Below are positions 1-8,759 of a DNA stretch of 64,000 nucleotides, piece by piece. Origin of the DNA: a virus (lineage: Duplodnaviria > Heunggongvirae > Uroviricota > Caudoviricetes); IMG/VR virus record IMGVR_UViG_3300029641_000003. The stretch is one strand, 5' to 3'. Position 1 is the first letter of the stretch; every line of letters starts with the position of its first letter. The translations under genes were made by a program, and so were the position numbers. A model generated the notes under the pieces. The model did not search any database. It was not told where the DNA came from and saw only the letters and a list, made by a program, of their open reading frames with translations.

Positions 1-1049
1 TGCAATGCTGCCAGTTCGAGTCCGTGTTCACGGCTCAGGTCAGATGCAGCCATAACCGTATGTTCGGATGCGATCACGTACTCCGACGGGCGCAGGGCGT
101 AATTGCGCATGGACTGGTTAATGACAGGTATCAGGTTCGGATTGCGTTCAATGTTGATTTCAACCTGAACAGCGATTTCTGTGCCTTCTGCTGGTGCTTC
201 ATTAAAGGTGATATCGATAACGCCGGTATCGTATCGAACCTTTGCCGTCACAGAGAAAGAGTTGCCGTTGACGTCTTTGTCGTTGAAATACAGGTTGCCG
301 TCACCATCATCTACTTTGGACGGTTTGCGGTTAATCAGCAGTTTGTTGTAGCCCTGGCGCAGTGGGCAGGCCTGGCCTTCGAAGTTCTGGATATCAAACT
401 GGAAGGTGGTTTTGCTGCCATCGCCTTTTTCGGTCAGGATGTACAGGCGTTTCATCTGCGAATACACTCCAGCAGACTGCATGTTCAGTTCCTCGCCCTG
501 CTCGAATGTACCGAATTTTGTACCAGCAACGTTGGTCAGCTCGTAAATATTGGTTTCATCACGATCACAAGGGATAAACGTACATGCGTCGCTGGTGGCT
601 GCGCCGAGAGAAGCAGGCAGGATCAGTGCGGCATATTGTGCAACCTTCATTACACCATCGGAGGTGCGCATGTCCTTGGCTACTGATTCAAACATGGCTT
701 TGCCAGCGCCTTCATGCGTCTCTTTAGCGGACTCCATCATCAGGCGCTCAAGTGCTACATGGGCGTTGGCTAATACATCGCTTGCCGGATAATGCCCATA
801 CTGGCGTTTGTATTCATGAATAGACATGGCCCAGCTACCAATGATCTGGCGAGCTGCTTCTGGTTCAACGCCTTCAAACATAGGCTCTTTCTGGATAGCT
901 TTTTCCAGGTTAGCCATCATCACTTCGTTGTCGGCAATCATGTTACCGGCAGCATCAGTGGTTGGATCGACGGTCATAGCCATGACGCTTGCCGCCCGAT
1001 TCATAATCTCGCGCTCGCGCTTACGAGCTGGCTCAATGTTCTTGTTCAC
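1..1049 (-). CDS. hypothetical protein, 3' end lies beyond window start (possible virion or early protein)
   Basis: Continuous minus-strand frame with no stop from GTG at 1049 (AGGG 9 nt upstream) to position 1, normal amino-acid composition; absent from ORF track because it runs off the window; the plus-strand ORFs here are antisense to it. Confidence 0.5.
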   Translation of the reverse strand, partial: MNKNIEPARKREREIMNRAASVMAMTVDPTTDAAGNMIADNEVMMANLEKAIQKEPMFEGVEPEAARQIIGSWAMSIHEYKRQYGHYPASDVLANAHVALERLMMESAKETHEGAGKAMFESVAKDMRTSDGVMKVAQYAALILPASLGAATSDACTFIPCDRDETNIYELTNVAGTKFGTFEQGEELNMQSAGVYSQMKRLYILTEKGDGSKTTFQFDIQNFEGQACPLRQGYNKLLINRKPSKVDDGDGNLYFNDKDVNGNSFSVTAKVRYDTGVIDITFNEAPAEGTEIAVQVEINIERNPNLIPVINQSMRNYALRPSEYVIASEHTVMAASDLSREHGLELAAL

Positions 1050-1129
1050 GGTTAAACCCTAAATTCGGGCGCGGCGTGAAGATTCTTTTGACGAGGTGAC
1101 AATACTCACTTTGTTATTTAGTCAATAGC

Positions 1130-1193
1130 ATTAGAAAAATAATTTTCTTTAACAAAATCGTCATGTTGTGTTTTAATCTTAATTTTCTAACAC
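1130..1193. promoter_or_regulatory. operator-like half-sites ATTAGAAAAAT and ATTTTCTAACAC in divergent intergenic region
   Basis: Members of the TGTTAGAAAAT motif family, in inverted orientation, in AT-rich spacer between two divergent genes. Confidence 0.4.
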
Positions 1194-1208
1194 ATAACAT
1201 TAGAACAA

Positions 1209-1601
1209 ATGGCGTACAAGATCTTCGTTTCATACAAAAATGGTGCTAAAAGCCATTCTCTGAACACAAGCAGCAGATGCCTTGTAGAAGCTCAACTGTC
1301 ATCAATTCTTACCGAAAGAGATATTCTTTCCCTGGCTGAACGAATCGTGATTCTGCATTCAGGAAAGGCTATTCTTGATGTTCCCGCGCTTACCTCGCCT
1401 TCTGACGTTTTGGCATCTGTTAAGTGGCCTCAAATGGGCACACCTGTAAGAGTGGAAGATCCTGTAACGACCACTCTTTATATGCCGAAGTCAGTAAGGG
1501 ATTGGCTTGCTGCGGTTGGTAATGGGAAGGTCAGCGCGGGGCTTCGGAAGCTGGTTGAAATGGCTGATATTCCGGAGCTGAAAAATGCATGGAGACAGTG
1601 A
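1209..1601 (+). CDS. hypothetical protein (130 aa)
   Basis: ATG-initiated ORF downstream of operator-like sites; no recognised domain. Confidence 0.4.
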   Translation: MAYKIFVSYKNGAKSHSLNTSSRCLVEAQLSSILTERDILSLAERIVILHSGKAILDVPALTSPSDVLASVKWPQMGTPVRVEDPVTTTLYMPKSVRDWLAAVGNGKVSAGLRKLVEMADIPELKNAWRQ

Positions 1602-1659
1602 GTATAGGAAACATGAGTAACGCGAACCCATCGAAAACACAATATCGTTTAATGCTGGC

Positions 1660-3050
1660 TATCCCTCTATCGTTGATGATTGTTTTCAGCAAACAACCGC
1701 CTTTCCTCCGCGCCCAATGCGGGCTGGAAGGAAAGGCGGAAAAGCCCACAAGGCTTTAAAAAAATCATTACGGTGTTAGCATAAAAAACCTGTATCAATG
1801 AGCCGTGACTATGTTAAGAGCAACAAAAGTACGCATCTATCCAACCACTGAACAGGCTGAGTATCTCAATGCTCAGTTCGGTGCAGTGCGTTTTGCGTAC
1901 AACAAAGCTCTTCACATCAAAAAACACGCTTACCAGCGACACGGAGTGAATTTAAGTCCGCGTAAAGATTTAAAGCCGTTGTTGTCTGTGGCGAAGAAGT
2001 CCCGCAGATATGCCTGGCTTAAAGAATTTGATTCAATGGCATTGCAACAGGCGGTAATCAATCTTGATGTGGCGTTTTCCAACTTTTTTAATCCGAAGCT
2101 GAAAGCGCGGTTCCCGACGTTTAAACGTAAACATGGGAAGCAATCGAGCTACCATTGTGTCGGGATTAAAGTACTGGAGAATGCCATCAAAATTCCTAAG
2201 CTGGCACCGATAGAAGCGCGTATACACCGTGTAATGACGGGAAAAGTGACGAGCATAACAATCACTCGCAGTGCCACCGGGAAATACTACGCATCCATCC
2301 TTTGTGAAGACGGTATTCCCACACCAGCGAAACCTGCGTATCTGGAGGAAGAAAAGATTACTGGTGTGGATATGGGACTTGAGCACTATGCCATCACTTC
2401 TGATGCTGTAAAAGTTCCGAATCCTCGCCATCTCATCAATGCCAGCCGTAATCTGCGACGCAAACAAAAAACGCTATCCCGCAAACAAAAGGGAAGCGCG
2501 AACCGTAAAAAGGCCAGAATCCGTCTTGCGGCCTTACACGAACGGGTGGCGAATGCCCGTGCTGATTTTCAACACAAGCTCTCTCGTACAATTGTTGACG
2601 AAAACCAAGCGGTAATTGTGGAGACGCTGAAAACAGCCAACATGATGAAAAGCCACAATCTGGCAAGAGCGATAGGTGATGCTGGCTGGCACAGCTTCAT
2701 CACAAAGCTGGAGTACAAGGCAGCGACAAAAGGCGTTCACCTGGTAAAACTCGACCAGTGGTTTGCCAGTTCGAAAACGTGCCATTGTTGTGGTTACAAA
2801 ATGCCGGAAATGCCACTTCATAAACGCATCTGGCGATGCCCTGAGTGTGGAGCAGAGCACGACCGCGATATCAATGCGGCACTCAACATCCGGCAAAAAG
2901 GAATACTGGAACTAAAGGCGGCGGGACTCGTCGTCTCTGCCCATGGAGGCCAGCGTAAATCCGTCGCACAGACGGTTGCGGCCTGAGAAGTGGGAATCCT
3001 CGTCCGACCGGGCGGGGAGCAGTCACGAGCCTTGATCCCCCTTCCCTTCC
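1660..3050 (+). mobile_element. IS200/IS605-family insertion element carrying tnpB only (IS1341-like); ends approximate
   Basis: Subterminal hairpin CCGCCTTTCCT...AGGAAAGGCGG at 1696-1738 upstream of tnpB; no tnpA seen; structured sequence after tnpB stop. Confidence 0.5.
1805..2986 (+). CDS. tnpB: TnpB (IS200/IS605 OrfB, RuvC-like nuclease with C-terminal zinc finger)
   Basis: 393 aa; N-terminal RIYPTTEQAEYLNAQFGAVRFAYNKAL typical of OrfB_IS605; C-terminal CHCCGYKMP...CPECGAEHDRDINAALNI zinc ribbon. Confidence 0.85.
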   Translation: MTMLRATKVRIYPTTEQAEYLNAQFGAVRFAYNKALHIKKHAYQRHGVNLSPRKDLKPLLSVAKKSRRYAWLKEFDSMALQQAVINLDVAFSNFFNPKLKARFPTFKRKHGKQSSYHCVGIKVLENAIKIPKLAPIEARIHRVMTGKVTSITITRSATGKYYASILCEDGIPTPAKPAYLEEEKITGVDMGLEHYAITSDAVKVPNPRHLINASRNLRRKQKTLSRKQKGSANRKKARIRLAALHERVANARADFQHKLSRTIVDENQAVIVETLKTANMMKSHNLARAIGDAGWHSFITKLEYKAATKGVHLVKLDQWFASSKTCHCCGYKMPEMPLHKRIWRCPECGAEHDRDINAALNIRQKGILELKAAGLVVSAHGGQRKSVAQTVAA

Positions 3051-3322
3051 CAAATCTCCCTGTTTCTTTGGTTATTCAGTGCGTTTCTTTGGTTGCATTC
3101 ATCGATAGTGCTGAATAACTGTTCAGTGTATGCCGGATACTTGTTTAACAGCACAGGCGTGTCCTCTGGCACTATGCAAGGGGTATAATCAATCAGATTT
3201 CCCTGCGGTTTGCTGGTGGCTTCTACGGTAATTTGCATTGGCACGCTGATTGATTTCTTTTGCCCGTTCCCGCTGCATCCTGATAACGTCATCAGGCACA
3301 CGCACATCATTAACCCCGGCAT
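3023..3322 (-). CDS. o-spanin (Rz1-like lipoprotein) embedded out of frame in i-spanin gene
   Basis: Internal start gives MPGLMMCVCLMTLSGC with lipobox LSGC; lies inside 3189-3647 in another frame, the classic Rz/Rz1 arrangement. Confidence 0.55.
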   Translation of the reverse strand: MPGLMMCVCLMTLSGCSGNGQKKSISVPMQITVEATSKPQGNLIDYTPCIVPEDTPVLLNKYPAYTEQLFSTIDECNQRNALNNQRNREIWEGKGDQGS

Positions 3323-3647
3323 TGCGTAACGCAGTTTCAAGACGATTGATTTCATTCTGGCTTTCCTCCCGTTGTTTGATCAGGCTGGTATTCAGTTCTG
3401 CTGTTTTGCGCTGGTACTCCTTCTCCAGTGTTTTAATTCTTTCGTTTTCAGCCATCATGGCAGATCGCGATTTTTCACTTAACTGCAATGCGGTAGAAAG
3501 CGTGTTGTTCTCGCTTTCAAGTTGTGATTTTGAGTCTTCCAGGGAACGGATATACCTGATGTGATCGATAACTGCCGCCGTAGTACGGTAAATTCCATAA
3601 ATGGCTAAAAGCGCAACTACTATCAAAATTATCTTTTTCAAAACCAT
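3189..3647 (-). CDS. i-spanin (Rz-like): N-terminal transmembrane helix plus coiled coil
   Basis: Start taken at MVLKKIILIVVALLAIYGIY (TM helix) followed by charged coiled-coil region; overlaps o-spanin ORF. Confidence 0.55.
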   Translation of the reverse strand: MVLKKIILIVVALLAIYGIYRTTAAVIDHIRYIRSLEDSKSQLESENNTLSTALQLSEKSRSAMMAENERIKTLEKEYQRKTAELNTSLIKQREESQNEINRLETALRNAGVNDVRVPDDVIRMQRERAKEINQRANANYRRSHQQTAGKSD

Positions 3648-3718
3648 CCTCTTCAGATTTTTTTGTTGGTGTGATATGTGTACCAATTTGTAACCATTTA
3701 TGGGCTTAAATGGTGTGG

Positions 3719-4513
3719 TTATGGTTCCTTTTTAGTGTTGCTTTGGAGCGCATCGATTACACCTTGTGGCATGATCAAACTGATTGCGGGACTCATTACT
3801 TCATCGCCCAGTAGAGAACCGGTTAACGTAATAGCTACAGCATTCTCCAGTCCCTGTTTGGCTTTTCCGGTAGAGTCCTTAACTTGCTGTGCAAGTGTTG
3901 AGAGACTACTGCTCGTGTTGTTTATTGCATTTATTTGTTCTGTTGCTGCTTCCACAGCGTCTTTTAGTGCTTTGATCTCTTCTTCTGTTAGTGCTGGTTG
4001 CTGTGTTGTTCCGGTGGAACTTCCGTTGCCTGAAGCCTCCCCGCTTGACGCCTGAACTTTTGCATTTATAGCGGTCATGGCTGAAGTGATTGGCTCCAGT
4101 TCAAATGCTGCCAACGCGTCAATAAGCGATTGCGGATGCAGGGTATCTCCCATAACTGTTACGAGAGCAAATTCTGGCGCAGGAGATAACTCATTACCTT
4201 TGACGTAACATTCCCAGCCAATTTTCATCTGAAGTAATTCAGTTGGCGAAGCATACGGAGACAGCGAGTCGGCTAAATTGGTTGCTTCTGCACTGACAGT
4301 TTTCAGTTGTTCTGAAAAGACAGAAAGCTGATTGACCCATGAAACCACCGACGCCGGGTATGCTTTATCCTTCAGGATAAGAGCCTGGATATTCTCTTCC
4401 AGAGAACTGGCATTGGATGACGCTGTTTTACTTAGCGTGATAGATGCAGGCGTAGTTGTACCTGATGCATTTAGAATTTTGAATGCGTTAACTTCAGCGA
4501 TTGAATCAAGCAT
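3719..4513 (-). CDS. hypothetical Ala/Ser/Thr-rich protein (264 aa)
   Basis: Start overlaps stop of upstream PAAR gene (ATGA), so co-transcribed; no recognised motif. Confidence 0.45.
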   Translation of the reverse strand: MLDSIAEVNAFKILNASGTTTPASITLSKTASSNASSLEENIQALILKDKAYPASVVSWVNQLSVFSEQLKTVSAEATNLADSLSPYASPTELLQMKIGWECYVKGNELSPAPEFALVTVMGDTLHPQSLIDALAAFELEPITSAMTAINAKVQASSGEASGNGSSTGTTQQPALTEEEIKALKDAVEAATEQINAINNTSSSLSTLAQQVKDSTGKAKQGLENAVAITLTGSLLGDEVMSPAISLIMPQGVIDALQSNTKKEP

Positions 4514-4797
4514 TATGACACCTGAAAAATTGCCTCACCATTGGCGATGACTGAGCCACAAGAAAGGGGATCTCCCACACAAACAACTCCTTTCCCGCCT
4601 ATTGCAAACCATGAGCGCGTCGATACGGCTGATCCGGGGTGCGCGCTATTTCCGTCTGTATGGCTGGGGAACGCTCCCCCATCTACAACTACTGGCTTTC
4701 CATTTACGGTAAACCAGGAAACTGTTTCTGCTACAGGTCGCGGAGGGAATCCTCCATGACCAGAACAAACTGTGTCACTGGTCGCTATTGCACTCAT
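4513..4797 (-). CDS. PAAR-domain spike-tip protein
   Basis: 94 aa with PAAR-like repeats: DTVCSGHGG, VNGKPVVVDGG, AIGGKGVVCVGDPLSCGS. Confidence 0.6.
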   Translation of the reverse strand: MSAIATSDTVCSGHGGFPPRPVAETVSWFTVNGKPVVVDGGAFPSHTDGNSAHPGSAVSTRSWFAIGGKGVVCVGDPLSCGSVIANGEAIFQVS

Positions 4798-4859
4798 CTA
4801 ACACCTCCTTTTTCTTAAATCTTCTCCACTTTGTGATTTTCACTCTTCAGATTTCTTAC

Positions 4860-4965
4860 TTCTCATATTTGTCTCTGATTTGTCTCAAAAGGGTATCATG
4901 GGTACATCATGTATCATCTAAGTCTCTTTTGTGTCTCTTTTACGTCTCTAGTTTGATGCTTTTTA
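4860..4965. repeat. parC-like centromere iterons upstream of parM
   Basis: TGTCTC-containing units at about 11-bp spacing (TTGTCTCTGATTTGTCTCA; AAGTCTCTTTTGTGTCTCTTTTACGTCTCT), resembling R1 parC organisation. Confidence 0.45.
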
Positions 4966-5046
4966 CGCTATCTAACTTCTGGTCTTATTTTGTTTTCTCA
5001 TATAAAATTCAATTCTTTCTCAAATGTGTCTCAGAAGTGGAGCAAT

Positions 5047-6006
5047 ATGATGCGCATTTTTATCGACGATGGTTCTACCAATATCAAAATGCTGTGGGAA
5101 CAAGACGGGGAAACTCGAACCCATATCTGTCCGAACAGTTTTAAACGTGGATGGTCCGCCACATTTGGCGCAGGAAAGCCGTTTAACTACATCATTGATG
5201 ACGAAAAATATTCATATGACTTGATTTCGCCGGATGTGCTGCCGACGAATAATGTGGAATGGCAATACAGCCCGCTTAATGTGCTTGCTGTTCATCATGC
5301 CCTGCTTACAAGTGGCATTGAGCCTCAAGAAGTGGAAATAGTTGTCACGTTGCCACTGGCAGAGTTTTATGACGACGACGCACAATACAACATGAAAAAT
5401 ATTGAGCGGAAAAAGGCCAGCCTGATGCGACCAGTCACCCTTAACAAAGGTCAGGTTTTTACTATCAAAAAAGTGACTGTGCGCCCGGAGTCAATACCCG
5501 CAGGGATCGGTCTGTGCGACAGCCTTGTGCCAGCGCATTCTGTGCTTATTGTTGATCTTGGTGGGACTACTCTGGATGTGTCGATGGTCGCCGGGCAAAT
5601 GACCGCCGTTTCTCGCGTATTTGGCGATTCTAATCTCGGCGTTTCGCTGGTAACTAAAGAGGTCAGACAGGCACTTGCAAAAGCGAATACCGAAACCTCT
5701 AATTATAATGTCGATCAATTAATCATTAATCGTGATGATGAGGATTATTTGACCGACAATATTAACGATCCGTCTGCTATTGATGATGTTAAGAAAGCCA
5801 TTTCGTCAAGCATAGAACGACTCCGTACACGCGTACTGGATGTGATCAGTGATTTCAAAGGATACACGCATGTTATGGTCATTGGTGGCGGCGCGCCGCT
5901 TGTTGCTGATGCTATCCGTGAGCAGGTAAACATTCGTGACGATAGGTTTTTTGTTGCTGATGATCCACAACTTGCTCTTGTCTATGGTCTAAAATCTATC
6001 GGTTGA
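5047..6006 (+). CDS. parM: ParM/StbA actin-like plasmid segregation ATPase
   Basis: Start MMRIFIDDGSTNIK with GGAG upstream; recalled R1 ParM similarity along the length (SPNSFKR, WQYSPLNVLAVHHALLTSG, NIERKKA, GYTHVMVIGGGA). Confidence 0.85.
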   Translation: MMRIFIDDGSTNIKMLWEQDGETRTHICPNSFKRGWSATFGAGKPFNYIIDDEKYSYDLISPDVLPTNNVEWQYSPLNVLAVHHALLTSGIEPQEVEIVVTLPLAEFYDDDAQYNMKNIERKKASLMRPVTLNKGQVFTIKKVTVRPESIPAGIGLCDSLVPAHSVLIVDLGGTTLDVSMVAGQMTAVSRVFGDSNLGVSLVTKEVRQALAKANTETSNYNVDQLIINRDDEDYLTDNINDPSAIDDVKKAISSSIERLRTRVLDVISDFKGYTHVMVIGGGAPLVADAIREQVNIRDDRFFVADDPQLALVYGLKSIG

Positions 6007-6016
6007 TGAGGTTGCC

Positions 6017-6382
6017 ATGTCTCAGGAACGTCGAAAAGTATTGTTTTATCTTCGTCCTGGTCTTAACGCCAGTGAGCAATATGCTGATGCAAAACTTGAG
6101 GGCCATCCATTAAGAGATCGCAATGATATGGCGCGCACAGCGATGCTTGCAGGTATCGCTCTTGGCGAGGTTGATAGCAGATTACCTCCCATGTTGGCAT
6201 CGCTTTTATCCGGTGATAATAGCCCTGAAGTGATCAGAAAAATGCTGGTTTCATTTCTTGAAATTTCGCCTGAAGTTCGGGAAAACCCTGAAGGAAACCC
6301 CTCTGCCTCAGCGGATGTTAAAAAACCTGGCGTTTCGAAAAGCCGCTCTGCACAGAATTTGGCAAACTCACTCCCTGATTAA
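6017..6382 (+). CDS. parR: ParR/StbB-like centromere-binding adaptor
   Basis: 121-aa ORF immediately after parM; N-terminal RKVLFYLRPGLNASEQ...RTAMLAGIALG resembles R1 ParR. Confidence 0.6.
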   Translation: MSQERRKVLFYLRPGLNASEQYADAKLEGHPLRDRNDMARTAMLAGIALGEVDSRLPPMLASLLSGDNSPEVIRKMLVSFLEISPEVRENPEGNPSASADVKKPGVSKSRSAQNLANSLPD

Positions 6383-6399
6383 CAAATCTACATCTTCAA

Positions 6400-6424
6400 A
6401 GGCTGCAATTTGCAGCCTTTTTTA
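6400..6424 (+). terminator. intrinsic terminator after parR
   Basis: AGGCTGCA-ATT-TGCAGCCT hairpin followed by TTTTT. Confidence 0.6.
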
Positions 6425-6439
6425 TACTGTTATGGTTCT

Positions 6440-6660
6440 AATTTGGTGCTCTTTTAGTACCAAAATGGTGTTGTTGTGGTGCTGTTTTGTGTCTGGTTCC
6501 ACTTTGAGGCTGATTTCGTGTTAAACAGGATGCAACAGAGGGCAAATTTCGAGTGTTTAGTGTTATACTTTTGCAAAGCATAGTGACTCCACTATAGAGC
6601 CAAAACCGCATCAATAAGGCTTCTGTTTGGAACCATTTTGATACCAAAATAACACCGAGG
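6440..6660. repeat. centromere-like repeat cluster upstream of parA
   Basis: TTTTAGTACCAAAATGGTGTTGTT and GGTTCCA...TTTGAGGCT motifs, repeated again downstream of parG at 7595-7665. Confidence 0.4.
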
Positions 6661-6667
6661 GACGGAT

Positions 6668-7309
6668 ATGATTATATTGGTAGCCAGCCAAAAAGGTGGC
6701 TGTGGCAAATCAACCACCAGCGTAAACATTTGTGCGGAGCTTGCCCGCGCAAATAAGGACGTAGTTCTACTTGATGCAGATAAGCAAGGAACATCTGCCC
6801 GTTGGGCATCGGACCGTAATGCGGCAGAGGTTTCTCCAGTAATTCATTGCGTCCAGAAGTTTGGGAATATTCGTGAAACACTTCTTGATCTGGACAAGCG
6901 TTATGAATTTGTGGTTGTTGATACCGCTGGTCGTGATAGCAAAGAGATGCGCACCGGTATTACTGCGGCGGATGTTTTGCTTGTTCCATTCAGGCCATCT
7001 CAGCCAGATTTAGACACGCTGGCGCATTTTGTTGAAGTCTTTGAAGAGGCTTTGGATCTGATGCCTAATCCTAGCATTAAGGCGTGCGCAGTTTTAACAA
7101 TGGCCCCATCCAATCCGGTTGTGAATGAAGCCAATGAGGCCAAAGAGTACCTGGCTGAATATCCGCAACTGAAGTTGCTGAAAACCATCATTCGCGATCG
7201 CAAGGTTTACCGCGATTGTATGGCTGAAGGGAAGGGCGTTGTTGAGATGGACAACGGGAAAGCTAAAGGTGAAATCCAGATGTTGGTTAAGGAGTTATTA
7301 AGTGATTAA
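6668..7309 (+). CDS. parA: ParA/ParF-type small Walker ATPase (type Ib partition)
   Basis: 213 aa; deviant Walker A SQKGGCGKST at N-terminus, VVVDTAGR Walker B region. Confidence 0.85.
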   Translation: MIILVASQKGGCGKSTTSVNICAELARANKDVVLLDADKQGTSARWASDRNAAEVSPVIHCVQKFGNIRETLLDLDKRYEFVVVDTAGRDSKEMRTGITAADVLLVPFRPSQPDLDTLAHFVEVFEEALDLMPNPSIKACAVLTMAPSNPVVNEANEAKEYLAEYPQLKLLKTIIRDRKVYRDCMAEGKGVVEMDNGKAKGEIQMLVKELLSD

Positions 7310-7589
7310 GCCTCGTAAATCGGTAAAAGCCCCCGAAGTAAAAGACCTCGATCTTGAACGCCGAATTGAGGCTTTTGCCAGCAAAGCTGATTTGGTGCCG
7401 GGTGAGCAACCAGAAGACAACAAAGTGCTCGATAAGGACGCCCCACGTGATTTTAAATCCATTCGTGTTGGCTTCAATGAATACGAGTACCAGGTACTTG
7501 ATGCGTTAAGCAAAAAGCATAATCGCAGCAAATTGAATATGATCCGCCATGCTATCCTCATGCTTGCAGAGTCTGAGGATACAAAATGA
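7302..7589 (+). CDS. ParG-like ribbon-helix-helix centromere-binding protein
   Basis: 95-aa ORF with GTG start overlapping parA stop; C-terminal RHH-like segment IRVGFNEYEYQVLDALSKK...MIRHAILMLAE. Confidence 0.5.
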   Translation: MIKPRKSVKAPEVKDLDLERRIEAFASKADLVPGEQPEDNKVLDKDAPRDFKSIRVGFNEYEYQVLDALSKKHNRSKLNMIRHAILMLAESEDTK

Positions 7590-7594
7590 CGCTG

Positions 7595-7665
7595 GAATGA
7601 CACCGTTTTGGTTCCATGTGTTATTTTGAGGCTACTTTGATTCCTTTTTAGTACCAGAATGGTGT
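7595..7665. repeat. second copy of centromere-like repeats flanking parA-parG
   Basis: GGTTCCATGTGTTATTTTGAGGCT and TTTTAGTACCAGAATGGTGTTGTT match motifs at 6440-6660. Confidence 0.4.
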
Positions 7666-7700
7666 TGTTAGTGTACCGTAACGGTGCTTGTTTGATGTTA

Positions 7701-7724
7701 TAAAAGCCCCATATGGGGCTTTTC
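7701..7724. terminator. bidirectional intrinsic terminator between convergent par and methyltransferase operons
   Basis: AAAA-AGCCCC-ATAT-GGGGCT-TTTT palindrome flanked by A-run and T-run. Confidence 0.55.
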
Positions 7725-8759
7725 TTAATTAAGTGTGGCTATAATGTCGTTAGCTATCATTCGCGTTGATGCTTTACAGGATACAGAGCGACGGGATGGC
7801 ATAGGATACACCTTGAAGCCATTGCCAACGTAAAGTTCGCGAATGTTAGGCGCACCACTGTTTGTTATCACAATTTTCGCTCCGCGTCTGTGGGCATCCA
7901 CCAGCAGTGACACCAGCCGTTGTTGATCTTCAAACCTAAAGCTATGCCCTGAGTAATTTGTAAATCCGGTAGTGTCGGGCAATGGTTCATAGGGGGGATC
8001 GCAGAAAATCACATCATCATTCCCGGCAGCCTCAATTACACCAGCAAAATCGCCGGACACAAATTCCGAATACTTTGAAATATCGTCAGCCAGGAACGCC
8101 TCCATTTCCGCGAGAGGGAAGTGGGGTGATTTCTGCTTTCCATATCCGACGTTGAACTCTCCTTTACGGTTATAGCGAGTGACGCCATTAAAACAATGAC
8201 GATTGAGATACAGGAACGCCGCTGCATGGTGAAGGGAATCATAAGCACCATTGTTGAATGCATTGCGAACATTCAAAAATGCATCAGCAGAGTTGTAATC
8301 CTGAAAAAAACGATATGCCAGTGTGATAAGAGAATGCCCTTCACGCTGCAATGTCTGATAGAAGTTAATCAGGTCATTATTGATATCGTTCAGCAGGTTG
8401 CTTTTAAATCCGGCATTAGTGAAAACAGCGCCACCTCCAACGAAAGGTTCTATCAACCGTTTTCCGTGGGGCAGGTGTTCGAAGATAATGGGCAGTGCAG
8501 AAAATTTGCCGCCGACCCACTTAAAGACTGGGCGATCAAATTCGTCCTCCGAGCGAATACGTCGCATATGGCTGATAGTGGCTTCCGCCGCAGGACGATG
8601 ATTGTCGCTATAAGAAATAAATTTAGCACCAATATCAGCCACGGATTCCCTCCTTATTTGCTTCAAATACAGCTCTTGCAAAACCGTAAGGTGTCGCGCT
8701 ACGAAAATTCGCTCTTTCAGGCCCTGGCGGTGCCTTGTGTATTCGGTTATCTGGATCAC
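7725..8759 (-). CDS. Dam-like N6-adenine DNA methyltransferase (start uncertain, possibly ATG at 8567)
   Basis: KWVGGKF, FVGGGAV (SAM motif), NRHCFNGVTRYN, DPPY catalytic motif; recalled E. coli Dam similarity begins at about residue 75 of the ORF. Confidence 0.8.
   Translation of the reverse strand: MIQITEYTRHRQGLKERIFVARHLTVLQELYLKQIRRESVADIGAKFISYSDNHRPAAEATISHMRRIRSEDEFDRPVFKWVGGKFSALPIIFEHLPHGKRLIEPFVGGGAVFTNAGFKSNLLNDINNDLINFYQTLQREGHSLITLAYRFFQDYNSADAFLNVRNAFNNGAYDSLHHAAAFLYLNRHCFNGVTRYNRKGEFNVGYGKQKSPHFPLAEMEAFLADDISKYSEFVSGDFAGVIEAAGNDDVIFCDPPYEPLPDTTGFTNYSGHSFRFEDQQRLVSLLVDAHRRGAKIVITNSGAPNIRELYVGNGFKVYPMPSRRSVSCKASTRMIANDIIATLN

Noticed and set aside
24-1062. Plus-strand track ORFs 24-686, 362-577, 550-792, 792-1055, 826-1062
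   Set aside because: Odd composition and mutual overlap; they lie antisense to a clean, stop-free minus-strand reading frame that runs from 1049 off the window edge
2033-2896. Minus-strand ORFs inside tnpB (2033-2467, 2436-2666, 2534-2896)
   Set aside because: Antisense to the well-supported TnpB frame; no ribosome-binding sites; Cys/Phe-rich junk-like products
4860-7665. Possible CRISPR array among the short repeats of the par region
   Set aside because: Repeats are 8-24 bp iterons with irregular spacing and no unique spacers or cas genes; consistent with centromere sites
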